Position numbers and translations under genes: made by a program. A DNA stretch of 64,000 nt, from IMG/VR virus record IMGVR_UViG_3300008110_007658, one strand, 5' to 3'. The stretch comes from an uncultured virus (IMG/VR IMGVR_UViG_3300008110_007658). Lineage: Duplodnaviria > Heunggongvirae > Uroviricota > Caudoviricetes. The stretch's first letter is position 1; every line of letters begins with the position of its first letter. This document shows positions 50,193-60,187 of the stretch, in pieces. Under the pieces are notes generated by a model. It worked only from the letters and a program-made list of their open reading frames with translations, ran no database searches and had not been told where the DNA came from.

Positions 50193-52688
50193 TCAAGAGA
50201 AAAATGAGTCAAGGTTTACAGTTTTTTCTACATTCCACCCAATTGCATCAAGAATAATCTTGAGTGGTTCTAGAAATGCTTTCTCAAATTGTAAGTCATA
50301 ATCAATGTATTTGTCAAGATTAAGTTCTTTAGGAAATTCCTGAATAAAAGAAATAATATTTTCGTGAATACTATTTGGTTTTTTTAGATAGACAAACTTA
50401 ATCTTTTCACCATTTTGAATAAGAGAATACTTATTTGTAAGATTTGCTTCTTTTACATAATGATTGAAGAGAAGTGCTCCACGAACATGAATTGGAGTTC
50501 CTTTTGCATAAATTGTTGCTGATGATTTGTATTTTTGAACATCAGAAGCTGAACGAGGAAATGAAATTTGTTCTGGAGGAAGTTTCTTAAATTCCTTACG
50601 AGCATTCTCAATAAAGTCAATGACTTCATCTTCAGTTCCACTCATCATTAGTTTAAGAGCATCCTTAATCATCTTACGACAAGGAGCAGGAGTAGAAGAT
50701 TTAACTGCCTCAATGCCCATCATCTTAAGTTTGGGTTCTTCATAGCGAACACCCTCACTATCCCAAACATTCAGAATATACCGCTTCTTTGCAGTCCAGA
50801 TTCCACGGTCAGCAATGTTCTCTCGCTTCATCTGCATCTTTTGGTCATATGCATTTACATAGTTCGCCAATTCTTGGTAAGAACCTTCAATATATTTTTC
50901 AAGTTCCATACCAGCGACCTTATCAAGGAACGAAACAACGCTTTCAGTAGTTTTTTCTCTTCCCTTGTATATAGTTTCAACCAAAGGACCCATATTAAGA
51001 TAAATGGAGTCAGTATCAGAAGCAATGACATAATCTACATCCTGCGTTTTGAGAAGTTTATTGAGATAGGCATTCATCTTACCTTCAATCCAACGGATTG
51101 AAACTTGCCCAGAAAGAGTGATTGCCTCAGCGTTCTCTAGTTTATAATAGCGAAAATACTGATTACCAATAGCACCATAAGCAGAGTTAAGAGAAATCTT
51201 CTTTGCCATCTGAATGTTATTGCATCGAGCAATTTCTTTAACCAATTCCTTATTTTTGGTTTTCTCATACTGCTTCTTTGCTTCAATCATTTTCTTTTTG
51301 AAGATGACACGATCATCATACATCTTTTCCATCAGTTCTGGAAGAAACCCACGCACATCCTTACGGAACATTGCACCATTAGCACAAACTGCTTTATCCT
51401 TATACAATTCAAAACTAAGAGATTGGTTTAGAATCTTATCTACAGATACTGTGGGATGACGTTCATCAAGAAGAGTTTCGGGCGAAATATTGTATTGCAT
51501 AATCAAGTGTGGATACAGACTATTAAGGTCAAAGTTCACAACCCAATCATACTTACCAGGTTTTGGTTCTTTTACATAAGCACCAGCATACTTCTCATTC
51601 TTCTGAGATTTGTTCTTTGGTGGAATAACAATATTTCTCTTTTTGAGATAATTGTAAATAATATTATCCCACATACGAACCTGATAGAACACATCAGCAT
51701 AGTTCACCTTAGCATCATATGCCATCGTAAGGGCAAGTTCAATCAATTTCATCTTGTCTTCTAAACGGTCAACAAGTTCTACGTCAACGATGTTATATTC
51801 AATAAACTTTTGCCAACCTTTAGTATAGAAGTCTTTGAAGGTATCAAACTCAGAGTGGTCAAGTTTCTTCTGACCGAGTTCAACTTCAGCAATATAATCA
51901 AGACGATAAGATTCTTGTGCTTTATAAGTAAACTTCTTGTAAAGATCCAAGTAATCTAGTTGAGTTACTCCACCAACATCAAAAGAAGTATGCTTGCGAC
52001 CATTAATATAAATCTCACCTTCGGTAACAAGACCCCAAGGAGAAAGACGCTTCATCAACTTTTCACCAAGAACTCGATTAAGTCGTTTAGCAATATATGG
52101 AATGTCATATAGTTGAATATTCCAACCAGTAATAACTTCTGGAGTATTTTGCATCCAATAGTGGATAAATGAGTTCAGGAGAGCATACTCAGATTCACAC
52201 AAGTTATAAGTAACGTCATTGCGAGTATTATTGAATGGTTTAACTCCCCAAGTAATAATTTTCTTTGTAGTATAATCCTGAATCGTAATTGCAAGAATTT
52301 CCTCACAGCAAGATTCAACATCAGGGAATCCTTGCTCCGAAGCAACCTCAATATCCAGAGTTACAAGTTTAATTTTAGTAATATCAAACTTAATTTCATC
52401 CTCTGGATATTTTTCTGAAATGTATTGGTAGATATAACGGTCATTTCCGTAAATCTCAAATCCATCTACACCTTCATATTTGCTATAAAACTCACGACAA
52501 TCCCTAACAGTTCCAGGTTGAACTGGTTCTACGGGTTCGCCACTTAATGTTCTATACTTGGATTCTTTTTTAGTTTTTACAAAGAGAGTTGGAAAGAACT
52601 CATCCCTCGTTTCAAAGTGTTGCCCATTATCATAACCACGAACCAAAAATTGATTTCCAATCAATTGAACATTAGTATAAAATCTCAT
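50193..52688 (-). CDS. gp43: family B DNA polymerase
   Basis: DIEV exo, FDLNSLYP, KISLNSAYG, SDTDS. Confidence 0.98.
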   Translation of the reverse strand: MRFYTNVQLIGNQFLVRGYDNGQHFETRDEFFPTLFVKTKKESKYRTLSGEPVEPVQPGTVRDCREFYSKYEGVDGFEIYGNDRYIYQYISEKYPEDEIKFDITKIKLVTLDIEVASEQGFPDVESCCEEILAITIQDYTTKKIITWGVKPFNNTRNDVTYNLCESEYALLNSFIHYWMQNTPEVITGWNIQLYDIPYIAKRLNRVLGEKLMKRLSPWGLVTEGEIYINGRKHTSFDVGGVTQLDYLDLYKKFTYKAQESYRLDYIAEVELGQKKLDHSEFDTFKDFYTKGWQKFIEYNIVDVELVDRLEDKMKLIELALTMAYDAKVNYADVFYQVRMWDNIIYNYLKKRNIVIPPKNKSQKNEKYAGAYVKEPKPGKYDWVVNFDLNSLYPHLIMQYNISPETLLDERHPTVSVDKILNQSLSFELYKDKAVCANGAMFRKDVRGFLPELMEKMYDDRVIFKKKMIEAKKQYEKTKNKELVKEIARCNNIQMAKKISLNSAYGAIGNQYFRYYKLENAEAITLSGQVSIRWIEGKMNAYLNKLLKTQDVDYVIASDTDSIYLNMGPLVETIYKGREKTTESVVSFLDKVAGMELEKYIEGSYQELANYVNAYDQKMQMKRENIADRGIWTAKKRYILNVWDSEGVRYEEPKLKMMGIEAVKSSTPAPCRKMIKDALKLMMSGTEDEVIDFIENARKEFKKLPPEQISFPRSASDVQKYKSSATIYAKGTPIHVRGALLFNHYVKEANLTNKYSLIQNGEKIKFVYLKKPNSIHENIISFIQEFPKELNLDKYIDYDLQFEKAFLEPLKIILDAIGWNVEKTVNLDSFFS

Positions 52689-52948
52689 TCCTTAATAAGG
52701 TCCTCGTATTTTTCAAGAAGTGTGGGTGTTGGATCTGCAAGAGTCAAAATCTTATCAGAACTCATCATAAATGTTTTTTCTTTTGTATACCCACAAAGAA
52801 AGGGTTCAAGAGTTTGATCATTTTTCGCTACAAACGGATTGATCAATTTGCAATCAGGTTCGCCAATATCCGCACCAACTTCTTCAATCTGACTGATTAG
52901 AATTTGGTTGTTCATCAGTACTATTACTTTGATCGTTTTGTTTTCCAT
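52685..52948 (-). CDS. hypothetical protein
   Basis: IEEVGADIGEPDCKLINP. Confidence 0.7.
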   Translation of the reverse strand: MENKTIKVIVLMNNQILISQIEEVGADIGEPDCKLINPFVAKNDQTLEPFLCGYTKEKTFMMSSDKILTLADPTPTLLEKYEDLIKE

Positions 52949-53267
52949 AGTTAATAACATCCTCTAAATACATTTCTTTAAGTTTAACTGTTGGTTCAAC
53001 CATCGTAACCAACCAATCGGCAGGAATGGGAATTTGTTCATCAGCAGAAAGTGGCATCCAGGGATACAAAGATACTTGGAATCCCGCTTTTTTATTGCTA
53101 CCTTCGCTTTCTTCTGTAAGAAGATTTGAATTTCCCATACGAACAAGACAAGGTTTGGTGAGATAATATCCAACAACCCTGCGTTGCTCTTCCTCACCAA
53201 CAACCATTTCCGAAATATCCGCAATCAGGTCTTCTCCCGATTTTAAAAGCATCAATTTAATAGTCAT
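52884..53267 (-). CDS. hypothetical protein (Sm-like pattern)
   Basis: LMLLKSGEDLIAD...LYPWMPLS. Confidence 0.7.
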   Translation of the reverse strand: MTIKLMLLKSGEDLIADISEMVVGEEEQRRVVGYYLTKPCLVRMGNSNLLTEESEGSNKKAGFQVSLYPWMPLSADEQIPIPADWLVTMVEPTVKLKEMYLEDVINYGKQNDQSNSTDEQPNSNQSD

Positions 53268-53363
53268 AAAACACTTCTACCTCTATACATTCTAGCAATA
53301 AAAAGGAGGGGCGTCAACTGGATTTTGCCAGTTGCCCCTCGCGGCGACGATATTCAGTTTTAT

Positions 53364-53522
53364 TTATCTTTTTCTTTTGAACTTACAAACTTTCTCTCCA
53401 GGAAGCATTTTATATGTTGTAGTTCCTGCCCAACCACACTTTGCTTTTGGTGGTTTTGCATCTGATCCAAAATCACCCTTCATCTCCTGAAGTATTTGCA
53501 TGAATTCCCGAAACGATTTCAT
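53364..53522 (-). CDS. small basic protein with capsid-targeting-like N-terminus
   Basis: MKSFREFMQILQEMKGDFG..., overlaps hsp20 3' end; read manually. Confidence 0.55.
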   Translation of the reverse strand: MKSFREFMQILQEMKGDFGSDAKPPKAKCGWAGTTTYKMLPGEKVCKFKRKR

Positions 53523-53952
53523 AAACCTTCTTCTTCTGATGTTCTGGAATAACTCTATTTAGTTTAATAGTAAGTAATCCGTCAACAAAAGAAACATCCT
53601 TAACTTCCACGTCATCAGATAAAGTCCAAGTGCGAGTAAATGCTCTCTTAGCAAGTCCTTGATGTAAATATTCCTCGCCAACATCATCGAATTTCTTTGC
53701 TTCCACAAAGAGTTTATTCCATTCTGTAGTAACTTCAATTTCTTCTCGCTTAAATCCAGCAAGAGCAATTTCCAACCTAAAAGTAATACTATCTTCCTTT
53801 ACTAAGTTATATGGCGGATAGTTTGTATGCGTCTCGAACGCACTATCAAACCTCCTAAACCACTCATCCATTCCAATACTGTTTTTTTGAATATCTAGCA
53901 AATACTTTGCAGTATCTGGTACAGAAAGTGTAACTGAATTTGTTCCAAACAT
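53473..53952 (-). CDS. hsp20: small heat shock protein
   Basis: NYPPYN, LEIALAGF, YLHQGLAKRAF, DGLLTI. Confidence 0.94.
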   Translation of the reverse strand: MFGTNSVTLSVPDTAKYLLDIQKNSIGMDEWFRRFDSAFETHTNYPPYNLVKEDSITFRLEIALAGFKREEIEVTTEWNKLFVEAKKFDDVGEEYLHQGLAKRAFTRTWTLSDDVEVKDVSFVDGLLTIKLNRVIPEHQKKKVYEIVSGIHANTSGDEG

Positions 53953-54054
53953 AATAGACCTCCGTGAGCGTCTTGATAGTAATGGACCCTTTCGGCATCC
54001 ATTACTAATTATAAGAGATTATAAAAAAAGCGGGATGTTGTTTCCCGCTCCTTT

Positions 54055-54501
54055 TTATTCGGTTTCCTGGGTCTTACCCTTTTTACCAATATTATATTTT
54101 TGCTCAAGAATCCAATCACCTTTGTCCTTATAAGCAAGAACTTTAATTTGATTAAGAGGAGCAATATCGGCAACTGAATCTGGATTCACTACCGTAATAA
54201 GACCCCAATCAGCAAGTAAGCGAGCAATACGATTACGACGCTGAACATCATTGACTGTAAGATTCGCATGTTTACCGTCCAGAGCAAACAACTCCTTAAA
54301 GTGAACAATATAATAACGCCCCTGCTTATGCAGAATATGGCAAGACTGATAGAGTTTCTTCTCTTTACGCGATGCAACTCCGATACGGGTTAAAGTCTCA
54401 CGGACTTTCAGAAAGTCGTCGGGTTCATTAAGAATCACCTCTACCATTTGATCCTGAGACCAATGGACTACAGGTTCTACTGTTTGTTGGGCAGTAGTCA
54501 T
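54055..54501 (-). CDS. regA: translational repressor RegA
   Basis: DFLKVRETLTRIGVAS, CHILHKQGRYYIVHFKEL. Confidence 0.96.
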   Translation of the reverse strand: MTTAQQTVEPVVHWSQDQMVEVILNEPDDFLKVRETLTRIGVASRKEKKLYQSCHILHKQGRYYIVHFKELFALDGKHANLTVNDVQRRNRIARLLADWGLITVVNPDSVADIAPLNQIKVLAYKDKGDWILEQKYNIGKKGKTQETE

Positions 54502-54878
54502 TTTTTTCCTCCAATTTCAAGTCTTTGTTTAATGAAAGCAATTTGTTCTTTTGATAAGATTTTCAGAGCTTGAGATGCCTTTTCATTACTATATGAATAA
54601 TAACTTTTGACACATTCTAAGTCTGTGACTTTATCCTTGCGGAGCCAGGGAGAAAATCTCTTCCGTTTCCTAAGACTATTTAGATAAAAAGAATATTGCA
54701 TATCTTTATCAAGTTGATGATGAATATTCATTTCATTTGTAAAGAGGATACAATCAATATGCCCAGATAGGCAACGATTAATAATATATGGAGCATAATC
54801 TTTTTTTACATTTGGATCTGCTTCCATCAAATTTTCTTTCGTAAAATTAATTGAATTTAACCAGTCTTTCAATTCCAT
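54498..54878 (-). CDS. gp62: clamp loader small subunit
   Basis: YIINRCLS, RKRKRFSPW, YSNEKA. Confidence 0.92.
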   Translation of the reverse strand: MELKDWLNSINFTKENLMEADPNVKKDYAPYIINRCLSGHIDCILFTNEMNIHHQLDKDMQYSFYLNSLRKRKRFSPWLRKDKVTDLECVKSYYSYSNEKASQALKILSKEQIAFIKQRLEIGGKK

Positions 54879-55667
54879 AACAAATCTTTATTATAATTAA
54901 ATAGCAAAAGTTCCTTTCTTTCCTTTTGCTCTCGCATATATTCACCAACAGAACGCATTGTATAAGTTAGATCAAACTCACCAGTCTTCCACTTTTCACC
55001 TACAAAACGGTCTTTTACAAGTTGATCGGAGTTATAACTTATCAGTTGATGCATATAACAAGAAGCGCAATCAGCAGCAAACTTATCGTGATCAAATCCT
55101 TTGTGCATTGATCCCTTACGCCCATAGAGATTATCCTTAATATCATAAGGAGGATCAAGATACATAAAAGCACCCATGTTTTAGTTTTGAATACTCTGGC
55201 AGTTTCTCAATTCCTCGTAATGAAAAATTGCTTTGTGATGCTTGAGCAGAAAATGATGAACTTTCCGTGAGACCAGAGAATGAACATTTATTGACAATAT
55301 AGAAAGCAACAGCACGATCAAGACTTGATATCTCTTTTTCATTTACATGTTCCTTAGATTTGAGAAAAAGTTCTCTCGCAAGTTCAGGAGTATTGTATGC
55401 AAGTTTACAATCAGATAATTCATTCTTCAGGTCATTCCCAAACATCTGGAGTTGTTGCCAGAAGTTTACAAGGGGTTCGTATAAATCATTTACCCAAATA
55501 CCCAAACTTGGATACTTTTTAGTGATATAGATTGCAACACTTCCCCCACCAAGAAAGGGTTCACGAAACTCATCATAGTTACGTAGGTCGGGAAAATAAG
55601 GTCCCATCTTTTCACAAGCACGGGATTTACCTCCAGGATAGCGTAACGGCGTCTTAAGGGATTTCAT
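54869..55667 (-). CDS. dam: DNA adenine methyltransferase, frameshifted at 55180/55181
   Basis: LRYPGGKS, EPFLGGGSV in one frame; YLDPPY in another. Confidence 0.9.
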
Positions 55668-56608
55668 TTAAACTCACACTCCACCATAATTTCAGTTAAT
55701 GCCGCTAGGAGGTTAATTTCTTGATCAGCAACGAACGCAATTTGGTATTGGTACTTAGCAATAACAAGAACGGCAGCAGGGATAGACTGGGGAAGTAGAA
55801 TATCGTAAAGGGTGTCATAAACCCTGCGAAGAATGACAGAAGAATCGTTGTCCAGGTTGGAGACCACCCACTTTCGGACTTCTGAGAAGTTTTTTTCTTT
55901 GAGATGCTTGACGAGTTCATTTACTGTAATGTCTGAGAAAGATGCAAGAATTGCTGCGTCGATTTTTCCTGACGTAGAATATCGTTGGCATTCGTTGAGG
56001 ACCCTACGAAAATCTGGGAAGTGTTTTGTAACAAGTTCCGCAAGTGTTCTTTGATCATATTCGATGCTTTCCTCATCCAAGATGTTCTGTAGACGCTTGA
56101 AGAAGGATCCTGCCAACTGGGTTTTTTCTTTCCCCTTGATTGTGAAATCAATGACGGCACATCGGGAGTGCAGGGGTTCGATGATTTTGTTCTTGTAGTT
56201 ACAGGTGAAGATGAATCGGCAGTTGCTATAAAATGCCTCAATATTTGCCCGTAGTAGGAGTTGTACGTCGTTGCCTGTATTATCTGCCTCATCGATGATG
56301 ATGACTTTGTGTTTAGAAGATCCCGTAAGTGAGACGGTCGAAGCAAAGTTTTTCGCTTGGTTCCGTACAGTATCCAGGAAACGCCCCTCGTCGGATCCGT
56401 TGATGACATAAAAATCTGCTCCCAACTCATTGCAAAGTGCTTTTGCAATTGTAGTTTTACCAATACCAGGAGGACCTGCAAGAAGAAGATTTGGAATCTC
56501 ACCCTTCTCCACAAACTCCTTAAATGTTTTTTTAGTTGTATCTGGGAGGATACAGTCATCAATTACTTGAGGACGGTATCGTTCCACCCAAAGAAAATCA
56601 CTTGCCAT
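55664..56608 (-). CDS. gp44: clamp loader large subunit
   Basis: LWVERYRP, GPPGIGKT, IIDEAD, HSRC. Confidence 0.96.
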   Translation of the reverse strand: MASDFLWVERYRPQVIDDCILPDTTKKTFKEFVEKGEIPNLLLAGPPGIGKTTIAKALCNELGADFYVINGSDEGRFLDTVRNQAKNFASTVSLTGSSKHKVIIIDEADNTGNDVQLLLRANIEAFYSNCRFIFTCNYKNKIIEPLHSRCAVIDFTIKGKEKTQLAGSFFKRLQNILDEESIEYDQRTLAELVTKHFPDFRRVLNECQRYSTSGKIDAAILASFSDITVNELVKHLKEKNFSEVRKWVVSNLDNDSSVILRRVYDTLYDILLPQSIPAAVLVIAKYQYQIAFVADQEINLLAALTEIMVECEFK

Positions 56609-56615
56609 AATTTAA

Positions 56616-57007
56616 TTAAATCCAATCAGGTTTTCGTTCTGGCATACGAAGATAATTAGATGCAACCCAAGGTTTGGATGCGATATACATCTTGTAAGCA
56701 GTAAAAGTGTCAATGCTTGTGTCAAGTTTATACTCATCTGGCATAGCACGAGACCGTGCTTAATCAACCAGTAGGCATTGTGAACAGACTCAGCTGCCCA
56801 TTTTGTACAAGGATGATTGCGAAAAGCACCCTTCTCAGTGCTGTAAGGAGTACTGTCTGCCTTGAGAAGGGGACCATAGTTATGATACCACTTGGAGGCA
56901 ACGATGGAGAGCATCTGACAACACTCTAGGGGCATCTTGACAACGTGTTTGTCAGGAAGGCAGAGAGCACTCTCTGCAGGGTATTCACTTGTTACAAAAA
57001 TGTTCAT
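56616..57007 (-). CDS. pyrimidine-dimer glycosylase (DenV)-like protein, frameshifted near 56751
   Basis: MNIF...DKHVVKMPLECCQML, NHPCTKW; RAMPDEYK...RKPDWI in second frame. Confidence 0.72.
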
Positions 57008-57672
57008 TAACCAAAAGTAGAATCAGGTTCCAGTGCGATATAGTATTTCACATCGTGATTCTTACTCTCAAAACGAGAGAGAAGTTTTTGTGAAATAACA
57101 ACCTCATAAGTTCCAGGTAGAATCTTGATATTTTCAACCTTGAAATTAAAGGTAAAGGCAGAATCAGTCTCACCAACAACAATAGAGAAATCATTGGAGG
57201 TGTCGTTCTTTTTATCGCGTACAACCAATTTTACCACACCTGCCTCACCAACGGCAGAAAGGTCGGGCAGTTGATAAACTGCTGCTGCCTTGAGGAGTTT
57301 GTCCAACTGCTCAGTGCTCAATTCGAAACAAACATCTTCGCTAGGGAGAGCAATTTCTTTGTCAGGTGGTGTAACAATTACACTAGGATCTGCAAAGAAA
57401 TACTTAGAACGCATTTTACCTTCGCGGATAACTACATATCCACCATTCTCAAAATCAAGTTCGGGACTTTGGTGAAGACCAAGACCATTCAAAAATTGAT
57501 TCAAATCATAGATGCCAAAATCTTTTGGAAGGTCCTCAGTAATTGTTGCCTCAGCAAGAATATTCTTCATTACTGAAATAGTACGAAGAGAATTTCCTTC
57601 CTTGAAGAGAATAGACTGATTAATGGAAGAGAAGTTCTTAAGAACAGAAAGAGTTTTATCAGAAAGTTTCAT
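57007..57672 (-). CDS. gp45: sliding clamp
   Basis: MKLSDKTLSVLKNFSSIN, FGIYDLNQFL, YYIALE. Confidence 0.96.
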   Translation of the reverse strand: MKLSDKTLSVLKNFSSINQSILFKEGNSLRTISVMKNILAEATITEDLPKDFGIYDLNQFLNGLGLHQSPELDFENGGYVVIREGKMRSKYFFADPSVIVTPPDKEIALPSEDVCFELSTEQLDKLLKAAAVYQLPDLSAVGEAGVVKLVVRDKKNDTSNDFSIVVGETDSAFTFNFKVENIKILPGTYEVVISQKLLSRFESKNHDVKYYIALEPDSTFG

Positions 57673-57677
57673 AATAA

Positions 57678-58004
57678 TCAGCGAAATTCAGAGAGACCAT
57701 TATTTTGACGAGAGTAATGCCCATCAAAGTGAAGAAGAAGCATAGCATAGTGAATCACTTTTAGAAGGTCACGCTTATTGCGACCATCCTTGTCACCATA
57801 ACGACTTCCATACTTAAGAATATTTGATTGACAAAATCCAACGGCAAGGTCTTTTGCTGCCATCAAATCGATAGTTTGAATATCTTTGTAGTCTTCATTA
57901 TGACCACAATAGTGACTACCATAAGTGCTGGTCACATAATCCTCAACATCTTTGAGGATTTTATCTTCATTGTATTTCCAGAGATGGTTTGTTGTTTCAG
58001 ACAT
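57678..58004 (-). CDS. DUF3310/T7 gp1.7-like protein
   Basis: SHY, NILKYGSRYGDKDG..DLLKVIHY. Confidence 0.72.
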   Translation of the reverse strand: MSETTNHLWKYNEDKILKDVEDYVTSTYGSHYCGHNEDYKDIQTIDLMAAKDLAVGFCQSNILKYGSRYGDKDGRNKRDLLKVIHYAMLLLHFDGHYSRQNNGLSEFR

Positions 58005-58067
58005 AGTAATAGTAAAAATTTATTCAACAATAAAAAGAGGAGGCACTTTTTACCTCCCCCAATTATA

Positions 58068-59198
58068 TCAGAAAGGAGCGGGTTGGTCAACGTATTCTAC
58101 GGTCAGTTCAGGACTAGTAGAAGGCATCTGGAAGTCAGCATCCACCTTATCATACAGTTCCAGGAAAGCGGTCTTGGTTTCATCATCAAAACGATTCACA
58201 CAAACTTGAATTGCCTTTGCCTTATCTTGGAAGATACTGTAAGCACGGATGATATGAACCAGACGGCGGGTGCTGATGATTTCCTCAATACCACCATCAT
58301 AGAAGGTCTTGCGGATGATGTCACCCCAATCAACCAGACGCTTGCAGAAGTCACGATCCTCCACACCAAGGTCCAGAGCGATTCCCTCAAGGATTTTCTG
58401 CTCCACAGAGGGAGCGGGGTAGGACTGCTCCAGAGTCACAGGGAAACGCTCCAGGAACGCCTCATTGAGCACGTTGGTGCCGATGAAGCGTCCATCATCG
58501 CTGCCCTTGCCCTTGGTGTTTGCGGTGGCGAATACGTTGAATCCAGCAGCGGGTTTGACGAAGCGACCAATCTTTTTCAGAAAAACACCTTTACCTTCCA
58601 AAACAGATTGGAGGCACAGAATCTTGTTAGATGCAAGGTCAATCTCATCCAGAAGCAGAATTGCTCCACGCTCCAGTGCTTCAATCACAGGACCATTGTG
58701 CCAGGCAGTTTCACCATTCACCAAACGGAAACCACCAATCAAATCATCCTCATCAGTCTCAATCGTGATGTTGACACGAATCAGTTCACGCTTAAGTTGA
58801 GCACAAGCTTGCTCAATACTGAACGTTTTACCATTACCCGAAAGACCCGTAATGAACGTAGGATAAAAAAGATTGGAAGAAATAATTTTTTTAATATCGT
58901 TAAAGTTACCAAACTTGACGAAGGTATCATCTTTAGCAGGAATGAGATTTTGAGTTACTGTAGGAAGAACAGCAGGAGAATTAAAGTTACGCTCAATCTC
59001 CTGCACCTTTTCTTGAGTCACTTCAAGATTCCACTTACCACGACCAGTCTTGAAAGAATCTAGTCGTTTGGTAACAGTGGGATAAGAAAGATTTTTAGAT
59101 GCACAATAACCACGAACATCTGCGGTGGTCAATTGATTACCAAAGGTATTCTTAAGATCCGTGAGAATTTGATCGTCGGTCATTTGGATGCGAGTCAT
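58068..59198 (-). CDS. cobS: CobS-like MoxR AAA+ ATPase
   Basis: GLSGNGKT, LLLDEID, ATANTKG, AFLERF, ISTRRL. Confidence 0.92.
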   Translation of the reverse strand: MTRIQMTDDQILTDLKNTFGNQLTTADVRGYCASKNLSYPTVTKRLDSFKTGRGKWNLEVTQEKVQEIERNFNSPAVLPTVTQNLIPAKDDTFVKFGNFNDIKKIISSNLFYPTFITGLSGNGKTFSIEQACAQLKRELIRVNITIETDEDDLIGGFRLVNGETAWHNGPVIEALERGAILLLDEIDLASNKILCLQSVLEGKGVFLKKIGRFVKPAAGFNVFATANTKGKGSDDGRFIGTNVLNEAFLERFPVTLEQSYPAPSVEQKILEGIALDLGVEDRDFCKRLVDWGDIIRKTFYDGGIEEIISTRRLVHIIRAYSIFQDKAKAIQVCVNRFDDETKTAFLELYDKVDADFQMPSTSPELTVEYVDQPAPF

Positions 59199-59262
59199 GA
59201 AGTGGTTTTGTTTCAACTCTGTTATTATAGAGCAAAAAGGGGGTCACTGGGACCCCCTGTGG

Positions 59263-59448
59263 TCAGTTCGCCAACTGGTTCCGAAGTGTCTCCAGATACT
59301 CCTTACTACCAATATGACCTTTATATCCAGGATAGTATTTTTCTACCATAGCACCAATACCCATTGCAGTAATAGAACTATCACATTTTACCCAAACTTC
59401 TTTGGTATCATATTTAACAATGTGTTCAAGTGGAAATTTAGATTTCAT
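59263..59448 (-). CDS. hypothetical protein
   Basis: 61-aa ORF. Confidence 0.6.
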   Translation of the reverse strand: MKSKFPLEHIVKYDTKEVWVKCDSSITAMGIGAMVEKYYPGYKGHIGSKEYLETLRNQLAN

Positions 59449-60161
59449 TTTTCAACTGTAAATGTTTTGTTTTTAACTTTAGTATCAAACTCACCAGTTC
59501 TACCTGGTTTCATACTACCTATTTTAACATTCTTTCCCTTTCCAGGCCAAGATGTTTTAGAAGTTCCTTTGAGTGTTGCTTCTCCACCTTTTTTACGCTG
59601 AATTAGTACAGAATCTTGGTCATACTTTTTACCAAGTTTTTCAATTGCTTTTTTAAATGCTCTTTTACCTTTTTTACCTGGAGTAATAATATGAGATTTT
59701 TCACCAACTTTTTTCTCTTGGGGTGTTCCTGGATTTTCTGTATATCTACCAGCAACTTTAGTAGGTCCTGGGAGACCAGCACCTCTTACATCCTTTTCAA
59801 GTTGTTTTGAACGTGCTTTGTTTTCTGCTTTTGATTTGTCTCCTCTTTGAGCAGACATAATTGCCATTCCACCTTTTTGCGACTTGCTCATTACACGAGT
59901 AAGAGAAGTCTCATCAAGAGTTTCTTCTCCCAATCCAAGTTTTTTGCCAGCAGCATCCATTCTTCTTCTGGTATCTGCTTGCTTCTCTGTTTTGGGATCC
60001 TTTTTCTTTGCAGGAGTTAAAGGTGCCTGAAGTTTAGAAAAATCTGCTGCTGGAGGCATATTTTTATAATCCTCATAGTCCTTCCCACGAACTGGACGGG
60101 GACCACGACGATTATATCCATATCCCTCACAGATTTCAATAAACTCTTGAAAGGTCTTCAT
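59445..60161 (-). CDS. putative internal-head protein
   Basis: MKTFQEFIEICE leader; LDETSLTRV...KYDQDSVL domain. Confidence 0.7.
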   Translation of the reverse strand: MKTFQEFIEICEGYGYNRRGPRPVRGKDYEDYKNMPPAADFSKLQAPLTPAKKKDPKTEKQADTRRRMDAAGKKLGLGEETLDETSLTRVMSKSQKGGMAIMSAQRGDKSKAENKARSKQLEKDVRGAGLPGPTKVAGRYTENPGTPQEKKVGEKSHIITPGKKGKRAFKKAIEKLGKKYDQDSVLIQRKKGGEATLKGTSKTSWPGKGKNVKIGSMKPGRTGEFDTKVKNKTFTVEK

Positions 60162-60187
60162 TTTACACACAAGTACTTTTTAGGTAT

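Noticed and set aside
53298..53352. Long hairpin downstream of hsp20 as a novel ncRNA
   Set aside because: Adequately explained as a minus-strand terminator (GAGGGGC..AACTGG stem plus T-run)
55921..56562. 213-aa alternative-frame ORF
   Set aside because: Fully inside gp44; no motif or independent signals
30386..56755. Programmed frameshifting or bypassing as the cause of the broken genes
   Set aside because: Conserved coding sequence is missing rather than inserted or shifted by one base, so recoding cannot restore it
57828..59063. 411-aa plus-strand ORF
   Set aside because: Antisense shadow of cobS; no recognisable motifs
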